A stretch of 24,000 nucleotides of DNA, from sequence record PP993148.1; one strand, given 5' to 3'. Within the stretch, counting starts at the first letter, position 1. The number at the start of each line of letters is the position of its first letter. This document shows, piece by piece, positions 16,814-24,000 of this stretch. Both the position numbers and the translations under genes were made by a program. The DNA comes from Klebsiella phage vB_KleM_kp20. Under the pieces are notes generated by a model. That model ran no database searches. It was not told where the DNA came from and saw nothing but the letters and a program-made list of their open reading frames with translations.

Positions 16814-17341
16814 TCAAACATATTCTAATAAAGCACCAAACTGGTTATCCATTCTAGCCTCAAAATACCCATTGAGACCGCCAGCGTTTTCACATCTATA
16901 TCTTCTCCAACCATCACTCATAGTAGTTCCGCTGAAATAAACATCATACTGGTCTCCACCGGATGCATTAAATATAGACACTTTAACTCGCCTATCTTGA
17001 CCATTCCAAATAGAAAGGCAATAAGGGTCGCCTTTGATATTTGTAATAGCTACTAGTGAACCCACATCTCCACCAGGGAACGCATTCAGCGTCGGTTGGT
17101 TTGCAGAGTCTCCTATGTTTACTGCTAACCCTCTTTTAAAGAATCCTCTATATCTAGATGGATCACCAGAAGAACCCTGTGCATAGTTAATTCTGAAAAT
17201 TAAATGGAATACGCTTTGTCCTATCATATTAGACATCCAAAACGGTGTCCCTATTCTTAATTTGGCCCCAGCTTGAGCCATCCACGACTCACCAGTTTCA
17301 GCCTTTGCTGAACTTCCGACCCACGGCCCTGTTACTGCCAT
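16814..17341 (-). CDS. 38: gp38-like distal tail-fibre adhesin, short form (175 aa)
   Basis: N-term MAVTGPWVGSSAKAETGESWMAQAGAKLRIGTPFWMSNMIGQS matches the T2/T6-type gp38 attachment domain; lies between 37 and t. Confidence 0.75.
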   Translation of the reverse strand: MAVTGPWVGSSAKAETGESWMAQAGAKLRIGTPFWMSNMIGQSVFHLIFRINYAQGSSGDPSRYRGFFKRGLAVNIGDSANQPTLNAFPGGDVGSLVAITNIKGDPYCLSIWNGQDRRVKVSIFNASGGDQYDVYFSGTTMSDGWRRYRCENAGGLNGYFEARMDNQFGALLEYV

Positions 17342-17359
17342 AGTTATTTCTCCTAAAAG

Positions 17360-17377
17360 ATGGGGCCGAAGCCCCAT
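17360..17377 (-). terminator. UUCG-loop hairpin between 37 and 38
   Basis: - strand ATGGGGC-TTCG-GCCCCAT followed by CTTTT. Confidence 0.55.
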
Positions 17378-17380
17378 GCA

Positions 17381-20300
17381 TTATTTAGATTTAAGTTCTT
17401 CAATTTCTGCTTTAAGATTTTTAACTTCGGCAGAAAGCTCTTTAACAGATTCAACGAGAAGTGCAATTACTGAGTTATAATTCAGACGAAGCATACCGCC
17501 ATCTTCTTCATTATCTTGAGTAACTGCTTCCGGTAAGATTTCTTGAACTTCCTGAGCAATCAACCCAGCAGAACGAGTAGTACCGCCAGAAGTGTTATGA
17601 AGTTCATAAGTATTACCAGATAATGTTTCAACCTTTTCTAAAGCGTTTTCAATAACTTTAATATCAGATTTAGCTCTACGGTCAGAACGAATCTCTACGT
17701 TATCGAATGACCCGTTGCGAGTACAGAAGAAGTCGCCGCCAGCCCTGAAATAGAAATTGTCATCTCGACCATAGCCGTTAACATTAAGAATAGCCTGGTG
17801 ATAATTTCCTACATATTCTTGGAAGTATAAGGAAACATAAGCACCATTACTAAATCTACTTGTTAAGCCAGCGGTATTTAAATACGCGCCACTTCCGCCG
17901 CCAGGGTAATTAGTAGTACTATTAACACCATTAAAGTTACTAATAGCACCTGGGAATTGGCAAGAACCGCTGTTCCAGAAGTTCCACGTTGGCCCAGAGA
18001 CACCACCTGCTCTTATACTAACGCTACCAGGCTCATCAGCCCAAATAAGTCCTTTTTCTGTACCATCAGCTTTACGGAAGACCAAATGACTGTTACCAGT
18101 GTTCTGGACGTTAACCGAAGTTGATACAATGAACTCTTGATTAAATCTAGCCCTTCCATCAACAGTTAAAACACCGTTAACAGCAGCATCTCCAGTAACC
18201 CAGAGCGATGTAGTCTTTAACTGATCGCCTGTAATTGTTAACCGCCCAGTTACAGTACCACCTGCTAACGGAAGATACGTGTCGCCAGCATTACTAATAG
18301 CAGAAGCAACCTTATCATCAACATATTTCTTGTTGGTCAGATGCGAGTTATCAGTAGGAGCTTGGCCTGCAATAACAAAATTACCAGAAGCAACGTTGAT
18401 GTTTCCATCAACAACTAATCCGCCGAACTTAACGCTCTGTCCTTCACCAACACCGAGGTTATTACGAGCAGCAGCTACAGAAGTTGCTCCAGTACCACCA
18501 AGATTAATCGGTTGTACACCAGCAACAACTTCTTTCCATGCAGACCATGCTCCGTTGTTGCAGTATCGAACATATGTACCTTCAACACCACCGCTCTTTG
18601 TAGTAAAGGTCTGCTTACATGTCCAATCGCTATCAGAAATTTTACGCAAAGACAGAACTTCAAGAACAAAGTTGCCATCAGATGTGGGTTTATTAGCTAT
18701 ATTAGAACCACCACCAGATGATACACATTTATACAGCTGACGAGTACCTAAATCACTGCCTTTAATAACCATGTTGTTAAGGTCAATAGTCTTATCAGAA
18801 ATATCAACTGCGTCTTCAGTACCACGATATGTCTGGTTAAAAACCAAGTCCCCTTCTACCTCAAGGCCGCTAGATTTAACTAGAATATATTTACTAGGAG
18901 CTGGATTAGAAACCGCAGTTTGATAACCAAATTGCACGTATCCTTCAGGAGTAATTTTAAGCATTGCTACGGTAGCACCGCTACCAACTTTACGAGCAAG
19001 GGTTAATCTACTGTACTTGTCCGAGTTCTCTGAACCTAAATCAACAAACGTCCCACTAGGATTTTCAACTTTTAAGTTAGCGTTAATAGTCAAGTTACCG
19101 GTCATGGTGTCGCCAGTCTTGCTTACTTGCTTATTATCGCCAGCAGTGATATCATTTTTAATGGTGTTCAGATAGTTATTAAGGTTGCCACCAAACATCG
19201 AGCCAGAGGTAATATTCCCGTCTTTGGTTAGTATTGCTGCTCCACCAACTTTAACTGCTACAGGAACATCAAGGCGGCCATCAGAACGGAAGCTAAAATC
19301 ACCAGCAGAAACACCTTCAGTAGTTTTTGCACGAATGTTAATTTGTCCTAAGTCCGTAGTATTTGGAGTTGCCCAAATTACACCGCGTTCATTGGCGTTT
19401 GTTCTAAACCATACATGAGCATTTCCGCTTCCTGCATTAACATACACCGATGCGGTTCCCGGCCCAGAAGCATGGAGGTTAGGTGCAGCTAAATCACCAG
19501 ACATTGTATCACCGGCTTTTTTAACCTGAGCGTCATTTGTCAGATTACCAAGCCCTACGTCGGCCTTAGACGGTTTATTTGCTGTACCGTAAAGTTCGTT
19601 GTATTTGACATCTCCTGCGGCAAGAGCCGCGTTGTTAGCCGCGTATACACGAACTTTAGCACTAGCATAGTCGATATTAATGGCTGACATGGTATCACCA
19701 GCATTCATAAAAATACCAGAGCCATGACTATAAAGACCATTTTGAACGCTAACACCAGATTTAGTAACACCACGCCAGAAAGTACCGCCGTATGATTTTA
19801 AGCGGGTCAACATATCCGCATTAGAGATAATGTCGTTGATGGATTTACCACCATTACCGCCTAAGCCATAAGCGCCATTTTCTAAAACATTACCAGCACC
19901 TTCGCCGACATCACGGGTTGCAGCCGTACCCAAACCTAAGTTTGTGCGAGCAGCATCCGCTGTACTTGCGCCTGTACCACCTTTAGCAATAGACAGAATA
20001 CCATCAGTACCATTGTCAAGGTTAGGTTTATTAATTTCGTCATAGATACGAATAGCCACACTCTCAACTAAACCTTCCGGAGCAGTTGTAGAAGTTGTGT
20101 AACCAGTAGGCAGATAATACTGAGTATCGCCAGCAATAGACAGCAGAGCAACTTTAACACTACTAATGAATGCGCGTTGCATAAACCACAGTTCTAAACC
20201 CTCAGAGGTACGAACCAGACTATAACGCATTTGGTTAGTGTTATCAATTCCAGGATCACCGATTCGACGAACCTGTAGATGATTACGAATATTAGCGCTT

Positions 20301-21206
20301 GTTAAAGTGGATGGAAAGTTTCTAGCGCTACAATCGATAAAGTCGATAGATCCACGCGTAGAACCATAGTTACCGCCGTTAGTCACCATCAGTTGCAGGC
20401 GACTCTGGTTTGATCCAGGATCTTTTAAAAGAGCAACTTTAGTCCACCGAGCTTCGGTGCCTGAAGATATAGGGAAATTATCTTGCTCAAGCTGACGCGC
20501 GTTTTCTACATTAGTCAGAAGAGTACCATCTTTACCAGGGCCTTTTCCACTCATGGCATAATAAACCTGGTAATTTCTGAACGACAGATTACCATCATTA
20601 GTTAATTGAAGAACACCCGAGCCTCTCAAGTTTTTAATATAGACATCGTTAGCTCCTACACCCATTTCTAACGTAAGAGTGCTTCCATTACTAATTTTAA
20701 CGGTTTTATTAGTGGATAATCTTAAATCCCAGGAAGAGTAGTATTACCAGAGCTATCAAGTAAGACTAATTTTCTGGCTTCTACGTTACCAGCACCGCGT
20801 TGTACAAACTGGATTGTTTCAGTACCATCGTCAATAGTACCGATTTCAAGAATGCCGTTATTGCTTGTACCACCGGAACCGATGTACCATCCATCATTGC
20901 TGGCACATTTACCGACGATATGACGAGTTATTTCACCACTTAAATTCTCGTTGGTGAAAGTAATAGTTTTACCTTCCGCTACGGTAACGGTATCATTAAG
21001 AGCACTAGGCCCATCAACTGTTAATTTTTTGGTATTTGTTTCTGGGATACCTTTACCCGCTAACTGAACGATCGAAGAACCATTTTTCGTGTAAATGGCA
21101 TAATCAGCCATGTTGATCGCCAGTTCACCATCTGCAAGCTGACTTGTAGTAGGTGTTTTCCCCGCAACTGTGCTACGTAGGAATTGAATTTTTCTAAATC
21201 AGCCAT
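17381..21206 (-). CDS. 37: gp37-like large distal long-tail-fibre subunit with C-terminal S74 intramolecular chaperone, two apparent -1 frameshifts (about 21156-21163 and 20724-20726)
   Basis: MADLEKFNSYVAQLR|GKTPTTSQLADGELAINMADYAIYTKNGS..LLDSSGNTTLPGI|LRLSTNKTVKISNGSTLTLEMGVGANDVYIKNL..; C-term SDRRAKSDIKVIENALEKVETLSGNTYELHN..RSAGLIAQEVQEILPEAV. Confidence 0.9.
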
Positions 21207-21214
21207 GTTTCACC

Positions 21215-21883
21215 TTAATAAGATCCAAAATCTATGATAGTCCCTTTAGTAATTACCTGGTCGAGCCGTGGTACGTGTTCGGGACGGGAAGCCGCGCCTG
21301 TGCTCGCGAATTGCGGGGCAGTTAACAGCCCTGTCATTGTATCGCCAGCGCGTAATACCCTGCTATTAGCATTTGTTGTGACATTATTTATCTGTCCATC
21401 AACATAACTTTTTCGTGTTGCATGACTTGCGTCAGTAGGGTTAGCGGTTGTAATACTGATTTGCTTTTCAACCGTAATATTACCCTGAGTGTTTAAATCA
21501 CCATTTCGAGCGTTGATGACTAATACGCGACCATTAGTACCGGAAGATGAACGAATACCAATACCATACCATGATACAAGATCAATGTTGGCTTTTGATA
21601 ATGTCGCGCCATCACCATCACCAGAATATAAACCGTTCTGGTCACTTCCGCCTGTGAAAGTAGCGTTAATTTGTAGCCCCTGTTTAAAGGCAACTACACC
21701 CAAATATTGACCACCGCTTGCTTTAGAAACGAAGTCGTTATTTGATGCTTGCGGTTTATCGTTTTCAGTATAAACCTTATATCCGCGATAGGTTAGAGTA
21801 TTACCAACCGGAACCAGCGGAAATGTGCCGGAGTGCCAAATAGGTAAACCCCCGACTGTAGAACCAGCTTTTAAATCTGCCAT
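21215..21883 (-). CDS. 36: gp36 small distal tail-fibre subunit
   Basis: MADLKAGSTVGGLPIWHSGTFPL..KPQASNNDFVSKASGGQYLGVVAFKQGLQ..GDGDGATLSKANIDLVSWYGIG..NANSRVLRAGDTMTGLLTAPQF. Confidence 0.93.
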   Translation of the reverse strand: MADLKAGSTVGGLPIWHSGTFPLVPVGNTLTYRGYKVYTENDKPQASNNDFVSKASGGQYLGVVAFKQGLQINATFTGGSDQNGLYSGDGDGATLSKANIDLVSWYGIGIRSSSGTNGRVLVINARNGDLNTQGNITVEKQISITTANPTDASHATRKSYVDGQINNVTTNANSRVLRAGDTMTGLLTAPQFASTGAASRPEHVPRLDQVITKGTIIDFGSY

Positions 21884-21900
21884 AATAACCCCTTTTTACA

Positions 21901-21908
21901 TATTTATA
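21901..21908 (-). promoter_or_regulatory. T4-type late promoter TATAAATA upstream of gene 36
   Basis: + strand TATTTATA is TATAAATA on the - strand, about 18 nt upstream of the gene 36 ATG; late tail-fibre gene context. Confidence 0.65.
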
Positions 21909-21931
21909 AGGCCCGATGATCCGGGCCTTTG
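21907..21931 (-). terminator. hairpin downstream of gene 35, directly joined to the late promoter
   Basis: - strand AAAGGCCCGGATCATCGGGCCTTATAAATA: stem abuts TATAAATA. Confidence 0.55.
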
Positions 21932-21932
21932 T

Positions 21933-23057
21933 TTATGCATCAACTTCACGGAATTCGGAAGCAGAATAATCGCCACCAGGATAAACCTTAGTATTCGGCA
22001 ATTCAAATATATACGGTGTTCCACCATCGATCATGCTGTTCATTCTGATACCGTTAACCCCAAACTGTGCAGCAAAGTTTTGACCAGCTTCGGCAGCAGA
22101 TACCTGAACCATCACGAAGTTACGGATCGCAGATAAACTATCCGTAGCGGGTTTAGGATAACGAGATACAGCAACGTTAAATCCATCACAACCACTGGGG
22201 ATCGTATAGAACTGTTCAAATCGTAACCACTCATCAGGTTTATTTGCAGGAACTTCAATCACCGATGATGAAGTTTGAGCAGTACCCGTAAACCATCGAA
22301 CAGTAACCCTTGTTGTTGATCCAGCATCCAATAGTTCTTTACTGGCGTAAAAATCACCAGTAATCATCATAGCCAATCCAGGAGCCATACCGTAATCAGC
22401 TAGTTTAGAGATCACTGGGTTTGCAACAGGATACACTTTATATTCAGATCCATTGGTTGAATTGTATTCTTCCGTATCTTCAACAGACCTGAAAGGTACA
22501 CCAGTTCGACCAACATCACCAACGTTATCATAGACAAGATCGATTGATGCGCGTGAATCTTCTTTTAAAATTCCATCGTTAGCGTAAAACGATTCAATCA
22601 GTATACGAGATTTTGATGCCCCATACAATGCAACATATGCAGAATTTGGGAATCTCTGAGCGAAATCAGCGCCTTGCCACATAACGGATCTGTTTTTAGC
22701 AAACCAATCATCAACGATTTGGCTTGTTTTGTATTCACCGTTAGTCATTATCAAATACAGCCCAGAAGGTTGAGCATCCATATATTCAACAAACGCTTTA
22801 TTTGCAGTTGCTGAATTATCATTCGATAATGTGAAGGTTTTAATTGGATCAACTACAGCATTGTTAATTCTCCATACGTTGATCCCAACACTAGGCGGTG
22901 TCCCTACCGCCTTTTGATTTAGTGTAAACTCATACTGATTAGGAACCGCATTGGGATGTGTTGCCTTTGCGGTTATTCTGTAAGTTACGCTGTTTGTTTC
23001 CGATAGAATTTGCGTTTCTACAAAATCGGGGCCGAACCCCGCCATTAAGTTTGACAT
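21933..23057 (-). CDS. 35: gp35-like tail-fibre hinge protein
   Basis: Position between 34 and 36; TAATG junction at 23057; MSNLMAGFGPDFVETQILSETNSVTYRITAKATHPN... Confidence 0.8.
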   Translation of the reverse strand: MSNLMAGFGPDFVETQILSETNSVTYRITAKATHPNAVPNQYEFTLNQKAVGTPPSVGINVWRINNAVVDPIKTFTLSNDNSATANKAFVEYMDAQPSGLYLIMTNGEYKTSQIVDDWFAKNRSVMWQGADFAQRFPNSAYVALYGASKSRILIESFYANDGILKEDSRASIDLVYDNVGDVGRTGVPFRSVEDTEEYNSTNGSEYKVYPVANPVISKLADYGMAPGLAMMITGDFYASKELLDAGSTTRVTVRWFTGTAQTSSSVIEVPANKPDEWLRFEQFYTIPSGCDGFNVAVSRYPKPATDSLSAIRNFVMVQVSAAEAGQNFAAQFGVNGIRMNSMIDGGTPYIFELPNTKVYPGGDYSASEFREVDA

Positions 23058-24000
23058 TATGCCACCCACTCAAATTTAACTGTCTGAGTAACCGGATCTG
23101 GGTAAATCTTAACGTTACCAACTTTGATCCAATCGGTAACAGTCATGTTTTTAACCGTAGTACCAACAGCAGACGTTGCACCAATCTCACCAGCAGTAGG
23201 CGGGTTGTTGCTGGTATACATGCGGCCCCAACCATCAAATTTACCCGTAATTGGGTTCATTTGACGGATCCAGAAGGATTGCGCCAGCGCATTAACACCA
23301 GTACCAGAGGTCGGACGAGGTGCCCAAATCTGATAAGTGAATGCAGTTCCGTTACCAAACTGCGTTAAAGTACCCGGTGCTTTAACATAGGTATAACGGG
23401 TCACAATCATGATTTCTGGATTAATCGGGTCTGGTTCAAGAACCGGAACCGCGTAACCAGGAAGTAAGTTGTACTGTTCCGATGCTGTGATCTCAGCCGT
23501 CCAGTTGCCCCTAGATGCTTCTGTTACTGCATCCAGCGTTGACCAAGCCGCTTGACCTGCAATGATAATTGAACTGTTGCTTACCGTCAAGCGCCCAGAC
23601 ATCGTATCACCTGCTTTACGTACATACGTAGGATTCAGCAAGGTTTGCGCGTTCTTCTCAGTAAAGACTTTATAAGAGTTCGCAGATTCTTCCGCTACGA
23701 TGTTGCCAGCATCAGAGGTCAGGATCTTAGTTGTCTTGTTGTTCGTACCCATAGATAGAACAGAACCAGCAGCAGTGATCACGGTATCATTACCCAGAGT
23801 CACTTTGCTAATCGCCTGAATTTCAGGAGCCTGGAATTTAACGTTAGCTACAACGCCACGAGTATCATTATACACAGAAAGATGAACTGTGCTAGTGTTA
23901 CCCGTCGAGATCATTGCAATACGCCCAGAGGCTGAACTTGCTTGAATTGACCAGTCGTTAGATGAACCACCATTCAAACGAAGTTTACCCATTGACGAAC
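23057..24000 (-). CDS. 34: C-terminal part of gp34 proximal long-tail-fibre subunit (truncated by window edge)
   Basis: Tail-fibre repeats VRKAGDTMSGRLTV; C-term EIGATSAVGTTVKNMTVTDWIKVGNVKIYPDPVTQTVKFEWVA*; gene order. Confidence 0.85.
   Translation of the reverse strand, partial: SSMGKLRLNGGSSNDWSIQASSASGRIAMISTGNTSTVHLSVYNDTRGVVANVKFQAPEIQAISKVTLGNDTVITAAGSVLSMGTNNKTTKILTSDAGNIVAEESANSYKVFTEKNAQTLLNPTYVRKAGDTMSGRLTVSNSSIIIAGQAAWSTLDAVTEASRGNWTAEITASEQYNLLPGYAVPVLEPDPINPEIMIVTRYTYVKAPGTLTQFGNGTAFTYQIWAPRPTSGTGVNALAQSFWIRQMNPITGKFDGWGRMYTSNNPPTAGEIGATSAVGTTVKNMTVTDWIKVGNVKIYPDPVTQTVKFEWVA

Noticed and set aside
19950-19990. GGTGAST-type repeats (KGGTGASTADAARTNLGLG and NLGGTGATSVAAARNNLGVG) in gene 37 as a new repeat system
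   Set aside because: Common tail-fibre repeat motif in many phages; also RxAGDTMTG motifs shared by 34, 36, 37 are typical family features
17381-20665. Large antisense ORFs on the + strand within gene 37 (e.g. 18279-18740, 18512-18721, 19185-19418)
   Set aside because: Repetitive, Ser/Pro-rich translations mirror the coding strand; no RBS or known features; shadow ORFs of a long fibre gene
1-24000. CRISPR arrays, tRNAs, rRNA, integrase/transposase, toxin-antitoxin pairs
   Set aside because: No direct repeat-spacer structure, cloverleaf pattern, or diagnostic proteins were recognised; a tRNAscan/CRISPR search would be needed for certainty

Overview
The window is a segment of a T4-like (Tevenvirinae-type) myophage genome. 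This is inferred from recognisable homologues in T4-like order. On the + strand: dexA, a MazG-like protein, topoisomerase II large subunit (39/60 fused) and medium subunit 52, a SprT-like protein, rIIA, rIIB and many small early genes. On the - strand, read 5'->3': 34 (partial)-35-36-37-38-t (holin). The two transcription directions collide head-on at 16049/16050 with no intergenic bases. Main observations: (1) At least eight genes or fragments are broken by an apparent one-base reading-frame slip, always of the same sign (-1, equivalent to one missing base) and always at a short homopolymer. Protein continuity to T4-family sequence resumes exactly in the -1 frame. The most economical explanation is homopolymer-contraction error in the assembly, with programmed recoding as the alternative to exclude. 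(2) There is a family of compact terminator+promoter elements, and four of them share the octamer ATCGAAAC beginning exactly 6 nt after the -10 box, i.e. at the predicted transcript 5' end. (3) Two tandem small ORFs next to the holin resemble DUF2829/Tad2-type (anti-Thoeris) proteins. (4) A very short gp38-like adhesin has a conserved N-terminus but an unfamiliar, non-glycine-rich C-terminus. (5) The 39/60 topoisomerase gene is unsplit. No tRNAs, CRISPR arrays, or mobile elements were recognised. All homology statements come from memory of family sequences, not from a search.
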